DNA from: Lepidodermella squamata
Taxonomy: Eukaryota; Animalia; Gastrotricha
Assembly (NCBI GenBank): GCA_047495785.1
Contig: JBLDXI010000029.1
Span: 992,001-1,056,000, forward strand
DNA: 64,000 nt
Direction of reading: 5' to 3'
In this document: piece after piece, positions 23,766 through 37,000 of the stretch
How positions within the stretch are numbered: the stretch's first letter is position 1
Layout: each line of letters starts with the position of its first letter
Translations under genes and position numbers: made by a program
The notes under the pieces: generated by a model
What the model was told of the DNA's origin: nothing
The model's database searches: none
What the model saw: only the letters and a program-made list of their open reading frames with translations

Positions 23766-24210
23766 TTTTTAATAAAAAAATAAATAAAATTTCTAAAATT
23801 AGGAAAAAATTGCAGAAATAAATGAGCGGAAAATTGTAAATTCTTTTCTTCGATTTTGAGAAAATGAGAAAAAGCATGAAAATTGATACAAAGATCAAAC
23901 ACATGTGTAAAACCAGGTGGGAGCCATTTCGCGAAAATTTCAGTTTTCACGAAACATCTCCGAATTTTCCCTAAAAAGCCGACTAGGATATTAAAATTTT
24001 GCAAGTCGCTTTGCTAGCAGCTACATTTTTCTCTCCAGGTGGTACTAGGTAAAAATAAACATCACAAAGCAGCAAAAAGGTGCTAAATTTGAACACGGCA
24101 CACACACATACACACAAGTAAATAATCGATAAAAATCCGCAATAATTATACAGAAATACTTCAGGGTAGTGAAAAAGGATATTGAACATTTTCCGGGCCA
24201 TAATTTGTTT

Positions 24211-25779
24211 TCAGTCGAATAAACAGCCGCACTGCCCACTTCTCAGCGTTTGGTCAAAGTCCGAAAATTCCAAGTATTGTTTCACAGGGTCAGGTAGGTA
24301 CTGCTCGAGGCCGATGTGGATCGCCTTGTGCCGCACGTTATAGCCGATTGGTAATCGGTTCAAAATCGCCCGCCGACATAACGATTGCAACGAGACTGTC
24401 GGCGATCGCAGTTCGGCGACCAATCGCGTACAAGCCTTGCGAAATTTTTTCACGACGCTGTTCGATTTATTCGTCTGCTGCGGCGGCCTGAAAGCGGCTG
24501 GTAGTTGAATACCATATCGAACTAAAATAGAATAAATAATTCATGAAATAATTTTTGAAATCGAAAAATAATTGAAAATATCGATTTTTGGTGCTGTTCA
24601 AATACATCCGATTATTGATGCTTATTTCAGGCAATACGATTTTAAGCGAGTGTGAGCCGATTGAGCAGACGCCTTTCAATCCCCGACATGTTGGCCAAAG
24701 GCCAAAGCGGAATCGAAGACCTCAAAATTGCAACAAGTATCAGCCCTGAAATCTTCGTACGCAGAGAGACCCCATCCGTCTAACGCGCATGGCAACTACA
24801 ACCAACAACTGGCAAACTGCGACTATCAGAGCCCCAGAGGCAACTAAGGCTTCAACGGCAAGGGCAAGCAACAAGGCCAAAACGGAAAACATCGGGACCC
24901 AGGGTACACCTCACAAGATCCGCGATACTTCGAATTTGCCGAATTTATTGTAGCTTTCGATGATAAATTTGGAAATTCTGGATATTTCTGTAATGAAACT
25001 TTCGGGCGAATTAATTACCGTTAATCTTGAAATATGAAGCAGCAGTTTGGAAGGTATGACAAGGCCCGTAAATTATGGCTATTTCGAGATTGCATTTTTG
25101 AGATTTTTAGGCATTGAAAATTTATGAGCCCGGGCTGCTATTTCAAAATTTATGGCAGTCATAATCGGTTTCAAGTAAGAAGTAAGCACGGTTTGAAATC
25201 AATGGAGACGAATTCGAAAAATTACGAAATTCGAAAAACCAAGTTTTCACGATATTTCAAGCTGATCTCACCTAATTTTAGGACGATATGGAAATTGTAG
25301 CCAAGCGCAGCAGCGTTGAACAGCGATTGCTGGCGATTTGAGCCGAAAAATATTTGCGGAGGCAATACAGGCAGCAGTGTATCAAACGGCAAACAGTGCG
25401 ATTCTGAGCAAGCGAGCCAAAAACTGAACTTCATGCGCTGCGTCGAGTGGAAGAATTGCTCGGTTTGCCGGGCGAATATCAACTTGAAAATCTCCTTGCC
25501 CACCGGTTCATTTCGACCAGACTCAACAATGGCGATGTCTAACGCGTGAAATTGCAGAAAATTCGCGGCCACATCGCAGGAAGCACCGTTTTCGAGCAAG
25601 ATTTGCACCACATCGACGAAGCCGTTGCGGATCGAGTCATGCAAGGCTGTTCCGTTTGACAGGCGAAAGTTAGGCGACGCCCCGGCTAGTAATAATTGGC
25701 GACACTGCTCTGCATCGCCACGCCTCGCTGCGTCTATTAGTGCGTGGTCGACGGAAAATTCAGAACTGCTCTCATCCAT
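24211..25779 (-). CDS. Ankyrin repeat and SOCS-box protein (ASB-like) 2
   Basis: Exons 25779-25272 and 24521-24211 in phase 1. Ankyrin repeats LIDAARRGDAEQCRQLLLAGASPN, GTALHDSIRNGFVDVVQILLENGA; SOCS box VSLQSLCRRAILNRL...LPDPVKQYL. Confidence 0.85.
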
Positions 25780-26845
25780 CTGCCAACTAGCGCTTTTAAT
25801 CACGCTTTAATGCGTCTAAATTGGAAAAATATTGATCAATAACGGTTATAAAATTTGGGAAGTACATGTAAGAATGGTTTCATTCATAGTCTACAAAAAC
25901 AAAAGCGCAAAAATTCGTTGCTTATTGTGAATGCTATTGTAATTCAAGGTAGAAAATATTTAAAAACTAGCGGAAATATTAATCGTTGGCTTTGATACTA
26001 TACAAATCATCTTGAACGTTAAATGCAATAGTCTTGCGATAACTAAACCGAAAATAAATAAATAAGACTGAAATAAAATGGTAGAAACTAAAAATTCGCC
26101 ATACCCTTACTGCGCTTTTACTGCGATTTTCCCAAATTCATAGCTTAGCCAGGGTTCCACAAAAAACCAACACCCGCGGCTCATTTTCATTCCCGTCGAT
26201 TAGCTATTTGAAACTGTCCCATATGACGCAATTAATTGAATAACGTACAAACCATTCAAAGGAGTCTTGAGAAGCTTGAGAATTTCAACGATTTAAAAAT
26301 AAACATAGCTGAGAAGAAAAATTTCGCGTATCGAATGTCCGCTGATGATTTAATCGCTAATTTAAATGAACTGCGAACAAACAACACGCGGCTGATTTAA
26401 ATAGAGCTACAATTATTCAACAATAATCCATATTCAAGCTAAATACCTTTTTCAACTCCAGACCATTTCGCAGTATCTTCATCATTTTACCATCCGGCTT
26501 AACGGACTAGAGGGCTCGAAAAATACCGCCTGAATAAATGATCAGAATCTATAGAAGGGCAGCGTCTTATATTTGCCAGTATATCTAAAAGCTGCTCCCG
26601 AAAGTTTCACGCGTCATTTTTAGCCATATTTGGTCAGGCGTGTTTCTCATTTTTGCATCACCCTTATTTGTCATGCGAATTATACTAACGTAAGTGTAAG
26701 TAAGCAAACATGATTCAGCCACGGCAAAAAACTGCATTAGGTATAAATTATACTGTCTTTATCACTTTCTCAATTTTTATCGTTATATAACGCGATGATT
26801 AATCACAATACAATTGCACCATAAATTATTAGAAGCCTGAGTTAT

Positions 26846-28416
26846 TTAGCGAGGTCGAAAAGGCGCGGTCGGGGGTTGGAGAGGGCCTGGTAGTGGCGGC
26901 GCGGCTGATGCCGATGGCTGGCTAGAGACCACAGGCGGTGGTGGGGCTAAATTCGGCGTGTGTTCCGTTACCGGCGCAACTGGGCTCAGCTTGAGACACC
27001 CTATATCGAACCCATCCCCGCAGTGCTGCGCGACAAGGTCCAGCAGCTTCATTTTCCGTACATCAGCCGTATTTGACTGGTGAAGTTCGTACATGGTCGA
27101 TAGATTGATGAGCAGTGCCTCTGTTGCGTAGACGGCTGGTTCGGCGAATAGCGCAGCTTCGAGCCGGTCGATGGCGGCTTGCAACCGACCGGAATACATG
27201 ATTGAAACTGCGACGCAAGTAACAGCCTGAACTTTTAAGGCGGATTCTGGGGCTTTGTTGTAGGCCTGCTCGAAATGATCCGTCGCATCGTGAAACTGCC
27301 CACCAGCCATGGACATATAACCTAAAAGGCATATATCACTGTCATTTGATAACCAAAATATTTAAGAGTCCACTCACCGGAATGAAGACTAGACAAAAAA
27401 TCGCCGAATTGTGTATTTGTCTCGGCTCGTTTGAAATACATCTCCGCAAATGGGAGACAACCAGATTGTAGAAACGCCCTTCCCGCTAAAGCAGCAACCC
27501 TGCATCGCCTCGCGTCAATCTCCTCCTTAGCAGGCAGTAATTTTACGAAAACATCATGTGATTCTCGGTAATTTTTATGAGCAATCAAAACGTTAGCAAT
27601 CGCGAATAGAATATCCTCCCGACGCCGCTGCCAGACCTGCCGAATCTCCGCGTTTTTCTCGTCCAATTTCGACAAAATCCGGTCGACTGATCGTAATAAA
27701 TATGACAACCGATCTAAAGCTTCGGAATTGCGCTGCAAAAATTGAGGCAATTGCGCGTGTAATAATCGAGTTGAAAACGGCACTAGACTAGTGAAAGATT
27801 GCGGGATCAACTGCGTAAAATTCGACGCGCCATTCAACTCGCCGTGAAATTCCTGGTACAAATCCGGGTTATCGAAATTGTTAAACGCCTGCATTTCAAT
27901 CTCAGCAACGCCGGCTAGATTAAGGCGGACTAGTAACGAAAATCGGCATGACCAAATCGCGTGGTCTTGATCTGATAGCCACGACATAGAACGAGGCGCT
28001 AGAAGTTCCGAGGTCAAATTTAAAGCGGATCTGAAGCATCTAGCGGCTATCAATTGCTTCAAGCCCGCTGTATCTTTCGAAACTTGAGTAGCGTTTGGAA
28101 AATTTCGATTCGAGATGGCTTCTGATCGATTTCTAAGCAATAACTGATCTCGAATAGGATCGCCCTGTTTCTCGGCGTAAACAACCGGGACAGTTCGACT
28201 TGACGCCACGTCTGGTTCGTCGCGGCATGACGGCGATTTTCGAACACGTTCGATCAAACTGGCGGTTTCTAGGCTTGGAAACCAAAGTTTTTCGGCGGGA
28301 TTCGGTGAAATTTCGGTGTTTTGTTGAGCGGCCAAGTCGACATTTGAACTGCTCTGGGCGATTTGCGAGAAAATATCGTCGCCAGAATCGGCGAAATAAC
28401 TCGTTATATCGGACAT
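26846..28416 (-). CDS. TRAPPC12: Trafficking protein particle complex subunit 12 (TTC15)
   Basis: GLKQLIAARCFRSALNLT, AEIEMQAFNNFDNPDLYQEF, SLVPFSTRLLHAQLPQFL, TPR region and LLINLSTMYEL...GDGFDIGCLKL. Exons 28416-27378 and 27321-26846. Confidence 0.93.
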
Positions 28417-28791
28417 TTAAAATCCCTACGAAGAGAATAATAATTTTAAATAGTGAATAAATTAAAAAAATGTCACCTGAGTAAACTTATCTAAGACGTC
28501 AAAAATTTCCAAACCAATTAAGAATTAAGAATGTTTGCCCTCGAAAATTATTTTCTAATCGTTTTTCCCGCTATTGAATTATTCTATTTACGCCAACCGT
28601 TCACACTTAACTTGACTTTTTATAAAAAAAAAACTCGAGATTAATCAAGTTGAGACAGCCCATTATTATTATTCCACTTAGTTTCACTTCATTTTTGAAA
28701 ACACATGCTACGCGCCACTGTATTTTAGATTTTTTCACAACTTTTTTCAGCATCATGGAATTTTTCATTTTTATCAATTGTGTGGAAGAGT

Positions 28792-30942
28792 TTAGTAGCC
28801 GCCGAAACCGGAAGCGGCGACCATGTGCATGGTCTGCTGGTTCAGCGCGCTGTCCAAACTAGCGCCGGGCGTGCTGACTGCCGCGGCAACGGTCGACAGG
28901 GCTTGCGGCGTCGTGATTCCCATCAGCTGCAGGCGTTTTTGAATTTGGCCCACCAGCGACTGCGCCTGTTGGCAGATGCCCTTCGTCAGATCGACGAGTT
29001 GGTTATCAGGCGATGGCAGCTCGGTATTGATGATGACCAGCCCGTTTTGCGAGTCGATTTTCGCGTCCTGGAAATCCGGGTCCGACGTGATGAGCTTGAC
29101 AATCCACCGCTCGGCCTCATCCGGCGTCAAATTCAACTTGGCCGCCATGTTGCGAATACTGATCGTCTTGTGCATGCGGCAGAAGCTTTCGAAAACGAGC
29201 AGACGCGCGTTGTCCATGAACTGCTCCTGCAGACCGCACAGGAAAAAGTCATTCGCCAGGACCTGTTCGCAATCGCGCAGCTTCAGTTGAGCCTTGTCAA
29301 AGTCGAAATTGACGTAGAGGCACTCGACGAACTCGGTCACCGGGTCGTGGTAGTTGTATGCCTCGGCCTGGATCAGCTTGATCAGCTGCTTCAGAACGTC
29401 TTTCCTACGATCGCTGGTGATGATCGCGGCGGTGATGTAACGCAGCACGTGTGGGCACATCGTTTGAACAGCGTCGCAGTACGGCGTGTTCGGCTGTTCA
29501 CGACGGTCTCTGAAAAAATCACAAGATAGAAATAGAAAAAATAAATCAGAAAAATGAGAAAAATCGTTAATTTTAAGGAGGATTTTGACAGGAAAATTTG
29601 CTAATTGCTTTATGCAACCAACTCAAATTCAGTATATGGCCAAATAATCAACGTATTTGTTTCCTATAGCCGCCCGGGCCACTAAAACTTCAAACTCGAA
29701 ATTTTGAAAAATTCAAAAATTAGTTTTGGCGAATAGTTCATTTTTTATTATTTCGATCCGACTTGACCCCTCAACCCTGGGCTACCATTATGACGATTAT
29801 TGGCGACTGGGCTACTATTGGAACAAACATTACATATGAGGTGTTATGCATGCACGCCTGGCACCCCTGATATAAATGTTAAAACTCAGGAAATGTGAAG
29901 AAAAATCAGGAAATTATATTTCCCATCTTTGCTCCTAATTTCAGAATTTTTCAAGGGAATCATTCGAAAAAAGTTATCCTTCGTTACGGTCATGAGTCAG
30001 AATAACGCTAATTTCAAATTCCCAACATCTGGTTTCTCAATTTGCGAACAATAGCTATTTCAAATGCTTCAAATTTTTTATTCAATCGACCATGGCTTTT
30101 TAATACTTACCCAGAAGACCTGAAGAACATTTCAATGATGAGCTCTGGGCCACGGCGGTGGTTGAAGTAGACGAAGAGGCTCCAGTGAATGAGCCAGGTG
30201 CGGTAGTGCATTTGCAATGCCTGAGAAGCACGTGGCATGTTTTCAATTTGATCGCGCAACCGGTTAAGATTGTCAAGAGCACCGTCCCAGTTTTGGCGCA
30301 GAATTTCAGCGGCCAAGTTGCCCCAAAGAGCGGGAATCGCGCGTTTATCGTCGCTCGACACCAAGTTGCGGAAAATAGCCAACTGCTGAACGGCAGCGTC
30401 GTAGTTACCGCATTCAAATGAGAACTTGGCGTACTGGTAGATTTCAGATAAAACATAATCCAGCTTGAACTTGTATTGGGTTTCCAGGAAATCAATCACA
30501 ACGCGCGGGTCGCGCTGTTGCATTTTGGAACGGCCTTCTTCACTGATGATAACATTAATAATGGGTTCACAGCGAGTTTTCAGCCCTTCGAGCTGCTCCA
30601 AGATCTCAGCGCGCTTTTTGGCAAAAGCTGTTGAAAATTAATCATAAATTAGAGAATCACAATGTTAAATAGCTATATTACAATCAGGCGGTGGTTGGTC
30701 AGGGTAGATAGTTTGGAACACCTCGACGGCGTGGTCAACCATGTTGGTTTTCTCTGCGAGCTTCAATCTCGCGATGAGAATGTCTCTTTCGTCGTAGATC
30801 TAAAACATCAACAAGTCAAGTTTCGGCAAAACATAATATGCTTAAAGCTCACCTCTCGAGCGGAGAGAAATTCGAAAAGAGGAAAGACCATGTGAGGGTC
30901 CAAGTATCGAGCGATTTTTTGGGTAAGATCGTAATCCACCAT
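28792..30942 (-). CDS. EIF3E: Eukaryotic translation initiation factor 3 subunit E (INT6)
   Basis: [83 protein letters not shown] domain. Exons 30942-30853, 30799-30682, 30627-30111, 29509-28792. Confidence 0.97.
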
Positions 30943-32189
30943 TTTTAAATGCTCTAAAATGTATTGAAATCAATAAAATTCATGATTCACTGGTTGTAGC
31001 TGACGCTACCAGCGCCACTCCGCGGATCGAAATGTTTTTTTCTATCTAACTTGGATGCGTTGTACAATTTCATTACTGACTTACTCCTCCCCTCGGTGGA
31101 AAATATATCTGGATTGTTTGCCCGCCGATGCATAAGTGCAAACTTTGCAACGTACCAACACTACTCGCTGGGCTGACAAACAGAAAGCTGTTGACAAGCT
31201 CTCGGAAATCTTGCCTCACGTTCACACTGCGCTGATCTAGATCACCAAGTAAAATAGATATGACGCCGCTAAAGCACAAGGCCTTACTACTAGCACATCC
31301 ACTTGGTCATGCTACTTCATTTCTGGCAGTTGGTCTTGTCGCTTGTCAAACTAATCTCCGTCAGCTAGCAGAATCCTAAGTTTGACATTCAACAAGCTGC
31401 TAGCCTGATATAATCGCTGTGTCAAGCTTTGACTACAGAAAGAGACATTCTTTAAGACTGTGCCATGTTTTCGTGATTTTAGGGGCAAGAAAATCATTCG
31501 CGTTTTATGGCGGAGAGGCGGATTCCGCCGCTATCATTCAACCGACCCCTGCCTCGCGAAAATGTCTAACGACTGGCATTAAGCTATCGATAACGGCTTA
31601 AATGTAGCAGTTAGCTCAACCCCGCCGGAATAATATCATCCTTAAGAAGCGCAGAATTCGACGAACACTCACTTGACCTTATGTCAAGCTACTTCTTAGG
31701 GCAAAACAAATAACCAAAATCAAATTAACCATCCCGGCATTTCATTTATCCGCCGCTGAGAAAAGGAGGTTCGCAATCGTCAGCTTTACAACAGGGCAAA
31801 AGGCGTACAATGGAATGCTGATACGGAAGCACTTGGTGGTTCATAATGCGGTATTACCCTTCAATTAAATCGTTTGCATTTATCGGTAATCAGAAAAGCA
31901 GTTGAGCGTCGCCCTCAACTCGGATGCAACGCTCCTTTAAGGTTTGAGCTGTTGAAGCTGAGACATCATGCCGCCATCGATGTTCGCCGGAATACTACGC
32001 ATTCTACTGGCCATAAAAATCTGTATGACGTTGCTTCACAACTGCACCACAGTGACGAATTGATCGCTACTAAGGAGCCGCTGTTTAAATCAAGTTTTCT
32101 TTGATAAGCTTTATTTGGTTTGGAAACATTTGTTTAATATTTAGATGTGACTTGCTTCAATACCGCAATCAATAAATAGCGCCGAAGAC

Positions 32190-32273
32190 GTCCCTCTCCT
32201 GAAAGATGCTGCTGCAGATCGCGAACGTTGGAAAGCTGTAGTGAAACTCGCGGCCTCCTCTATGCAGCGAAAT
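32190..32273 (+). mobile_element. 3'-terminal remnant of an RTE-type non-LTR retrotransposon ORF
   Basis: Translates LLKDAAADRERWKAVV, resembling the A-x-DR-xx-W-R/K motif that ends RTE-clade ORFs. Confidence 0.45.
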
Positions 32274-34021
32274 ATTTTAACTAACATGAACACTAATAAT
32301 ATAACTACTTAGATGCGAGCGTAGCTGTCATTGTGACGGCGAATATAGAATGGGCTCGCGAATGTGGCCTGGACGCGGGCGACCGGCGATTCACGCTAAC
32401 ATATACAGCCTGACAGCTCGTTTCCAAAAGAGAAATGAATGCGATAGAAGATTTGACAAATTGACTCGGACGAAATTCTTCAATGTTTAAGCCCAGATCT
32501 CACAGCCACCACGGAGCTTATTAACCGTGAATTTTGCAGGAAAACCTCAACGTTCGGCGACTGAAACAACGCGCAACGCGTTCGGAAGAATGCTTCAACT
32601 TCTGACAACTGACAACCTCTCCAGAGACGTTGAAAACAACTAGCGTAAACCGGCTTGGATACAGATACAGATAGACCGGCTTGGAAGAAAAATACTTGCG
32701 ACAGAAAAAAATGCGCGCCCGAGTCAGCATCAGACGACCTACACAATATTAAAATACAAAATTCTGTATCTATCAAGTAATTATTGTTTTTAAAAAGTAG
32801 CGAAGCTCTGTAGTATTATTTTTGGAAAATATTTGAAAGGCAGTGATAAGGGGTCATGCAAGGGGTCTGTTTTTGTGATTTTGTTCGATTTCGGGCTTCC
32901 CAACCCCGGCTTTCTGGTTGAAGTAGTCGGGTAGTCGGGATGCCTGGCATCAAGTCATCCATGTTCCATGTTGATGGGGTGCATTGGAGTGGCGGGGATC
33001 AAGAGCCATCGACACCGATTTAATTGCAACGGGTGCTCTGTGCTATTATTATAACGAATATGCTATCATTATACAGTATTTTTGCGATCTGCCTTCGTCA
33101 ACACCAAGTCCTGCAAGTCGTCAACATCCACTACCGTTGCTGTAGTCTGTACTGGATTCGGCGGAACTAGAACGTTCTCCAGCTGAATTCGTTTACCAAT
33201 ATTCCCAGACTCGTGGGCTCCATCGCGGAACGTAGCAATTATATCCTCCAGTATAGCAGTACAGGCATATTTCTTAGAATCTTTTGGGGAATAGAAAAAC
33301 TCTTTGCCAATCCGCCGCGCCCGCCAAAATGTCAATACTAATATCAGCCATTCTTAGACCTAAATATAATTCGCCGATTTTTCGATTTTTTTCGAAACCA
33401 CCTGATAAGCAGTAGCGATTTTGCACATTCCAGTAGAAGATGAAGGAAATTGGTCGCAGCCGAGTCGACAGGGCGATCAAAACTAAATAACGGGTGAGAC
33501 GAGCCGTAGTACTCACTTACTTCGCGCTATTATTATATCTGTGCTACTATAGCATTTCAAAGTCGGCCCGCCGAATCACCCTCATTGGTGGCTCGGGACG
33601 ACCTTCAAAGCTCTTTTTACTACACAGAGTGTGACTTCTGGACTGTTTGCAGCAAATAGAGGTAAGCAGCTCCAAGTTCTAAGACCTTGGAACCTGCAAA
33701 AGTTTGATCCAACCATGCTTAACAATTGAAACAACATGTTTCCTTGGTGGGAATTCCGGGATTAAATGGGTACTTGATTGATCGAAGAAGTGCTGATGAG
33801 GTTCCATAAGCAGCGAGGTTATACGGTCTGTTTCGTTCATGTTTTTCATGCCACTGACTTGCGTCACTAGGCGCTCTGCAATCATATGAGAGATTCAAGT
33901 GTTGAAATAGGATTCGATAGGCTTCTGCCCACTGTCTTACTACTGTTTTTGTATCTTGTATCTGCTTCTTGCTATTCATGTCTATGATGCCATCTTTTTA
34001 GGCATTTGAAGTTGAAAGAAA

Positions 34022-37000
34022 ATGTCGGAGCAGGTGACTCTGGAGGACGCAATTAGAAATGCGTCTCTCCTGGAGCTTTTTTCTAGACCTGACCACCAAC
34101 CATCAATAGAAGCGTGCCATCAACCGATTCGATATGTTGAAAACTTTCACACGGCGTTCAAAGATCGAGTTTACTTTGTCGGACCCCTGCAGAAATTCCT
34201 GCCAGACGCTGTAGACATAGCAGAGATCGACGAGTTTATCGACGTGGGCGAAAAATTCGCGGCCGAGCTTTACACTTGGCGAGCTGTTTCTCGCGGTATT
34301 CCACAGGTGGGTCTGGCATTATTACAGTATAATCATTCTTGTAATTGATTTTTTTAGGTTAAGTCAAACGATGATCCGAACAGGAACGAAAATTACGAAT
34401 TGACGGTTGAGGTTCTTGCTCCTGAAGTTGACAAGTTGCTGAAATTCATGGATTTCTGCGACCTCGCTGTTTCTAAATTTGTCGAAATTTTGCGACGATG
34501 TGTTGGTCAAACGGAGCAAAAGTCTTCAAAGAGCTCGTCATCTAACCAGTCTCGGCGAGAATTCGTTTCCGAAACGCTGCTGATCCGTCTAGCTAAAATG
34601 CTAGACATGTTTTGCATTCTAGACGAATTGAAACGTATCAAGTCATCGATTAAAAACGATCACGCTGCTTACCGTCGCGTTGCTCAATTCAAGAGAATTA
34701 TGAATGATCGCGAGTCAGTTGAGAAGTCTCAAATGCTTGCGATGTTTTTGGCGACCAATTACGAGATTTCAAATCGATTGAAAAATTGGCTGTACATCAA
34801 AAGCAACGATTTTGATTTCACTGAGATTCTGTGCGAAATAGCCAACATGTGTGCGACTCAATTTGAAAACGAATGCTTCATCTTTCCGAGTGAAAAGTTC
34901 ATGCTAGTTCGTGTTATTGGGTACACCTTATACATTTTAAACGGATCTGGAGATCCGAGTCTTGCGTATAAGCTTGATTCAAAGAAGAAGCTGCTTCAAC
35001 TCAACCGTTTCGACAAAATTTTCAAGCAAATGGAGGTCGTCTCATTGTACGGCGATATGCAACTCGACCCGTTCCAAAACTACGTTGAACACTCGCCTGA
35101 ATTTGACGCCTCGTTTTGGCCGCTGAGAAAAAGTTCATCTCAATCACCCCAAAGCCAACGCCTTGCGTTGAAAATCCAAGAAGTCAGGGTCGAATTTAGC
35201 AATTTACTCAACGATTTGGCCCGCTTGAAGAACGAATACGTTGTTTGCAATGTCGGTGATAATGTACTACAATGGCCTGATGAATACTGCCACAGAATTG
35301 CTAATTTAGCTATTCAAATCATTCGTTCAATCGGAGCTTGGAATTGCTTAGTAATGGAGACTTTTTCGTGGAAATTGGGCTACCCAACTGACCATCGGTC
35401 TAACCCAGCGTGCCCTCCGGATGACAACTGCGAGCAGTATGAAAGAGCTACGAAATACAACTTTTCGCCCGAGGAAAAGTTGAATATGATTGAGTTGATT
35501 TCGATGATTAAATCACTGCAGAGTGCCACTCATGGAGTTCGTCGGCTGTTTTCAGACGGAATTCGTCGATTTTTGTATTTATCGATGCAAAACTTTTCGC
35601 AACTTGTCCTCCGCGAGCCATTGCGGCAATGCGTTAAGAAAAAGCGAGATTTACCCCGGGCGTTGATACAAGCTGTTCGTCTAGCTTGTTCCGACTGGCT
35701 GGGAGGCTGTGAACCGGCGAATGACCCAGCTTTACGCGGCAAAAAGGACGAACCCGAGCGCCGATTTGAGATTAAAATCGCGAAAAGAGCGGTTTATCCA
35801 AGCGTTACCCAAAGTTACCTACTCAGAACTGCCGTTGAATATCTCGCTTACGAAAAATCGATTGGGAAGGCGAAAACCTTGCGTAAAGAATGGGACCCAC
35901 AGGTTTTGCAACTCCTCGAAACGTTTCAGAAGCAGTCAATCTACTGGCCGTATTTGGTTCAATTAGACCAGAGTTTAATTGATTGCGCTGATTTGAGCCC
36001 GCTTTGGTTCCGCGAGTACTTTTTGGAGCTGACCCTCGGAAAATCGATCCAATTCCCAGCCGATTGCTCGCTGCCATGGATTTTAGCCGATCATATCGTT
36101 CACACGCGGCATCCGACTCATTTGGAAAATCTGCTCTACATTTTGGACTTGTACAACGATTCAGCCATGTTTGCTCTCAGCAAATTGCGAAAACAGTATC
36201 TCTACGACGAAATCGAGGCTGAGGTTAACCTGGTCTTCTCACTGCTGTTGTACAAATTGGGCGAGCAGATTTATTCGTACTTCAAATACCTCGCTGGTTG
36301 CATTTTGTTGGACAAACGTTTTCGAAATGAATGCGCCCAAAAATCGGCCTATCTGCCCTACCCACCTGTCGTGCGATACAAGAGCCTAGTCGCCCAACAC
36401 CATGTCCATTTACTCGGGCGGTATATTGATTTGAAAATGCTGCTGTCTCAACGAATCAATATCGCTATGTTGAAGTCGTTAGATACTGCGATTTCGTTGT
36501 TTGAAGCCTCCGATCTACCGAATATTGTTGAATTAGAGGCGCTGATCGAACTGAATCGATGCGCTCATCAATTGTCGAGTGAGTTGTTCTCGATCATTGA
36601 TTTCGACGATTTGTTAGCCGAGGCTGATGATGCGGTTAATAAACCGATCGGGCGGATTGGCCGTCGAATTATCGGAGTTACAGTCGATTCGTTAATCAAA
36701 AGTTACTGCTACAACGGGTCGACTGAGCGATTTGTGAAAAGTGCCTTCAATCTATCGAATTTAACGTCGAATTCCGCCGCGTTTATGGAGGGAAATCGAT
36801 CGAGGCTTCTCGAATCTACCCCGCCTCATCACCTGTGGGGCTCAAAGGCGTTGAATAAGGCGTTTTCTGAGATTTTCTCGCGGTATTCCGGCTTTGTTGG
36901 ATCGACGCATTTTCGCTTGATGGCGCGATTTTTGGGCTACAACGGCATCGCGACGTTATTCACGCATTTCCTCGAGCATGTTCAAAACGATTTATCACCG

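Noticed and set aside
24680-24940. Gag-like N/Q/G-rich fragment in the ASB2 intron
   Set aside because: It has stops and no zinc knuckle or LTR; it cannot be classified.
28780-29529. 249-aa plus-strand ORF
   Set aside because: Antisense shadow of the GC3-rich eIF3e exon 4.
33069-33979. Minus-strand ORF fragments upstream of CYFIP
   Set aside because: They do not join into one frame and have no recognisable domain; probably decayed TE sequence.
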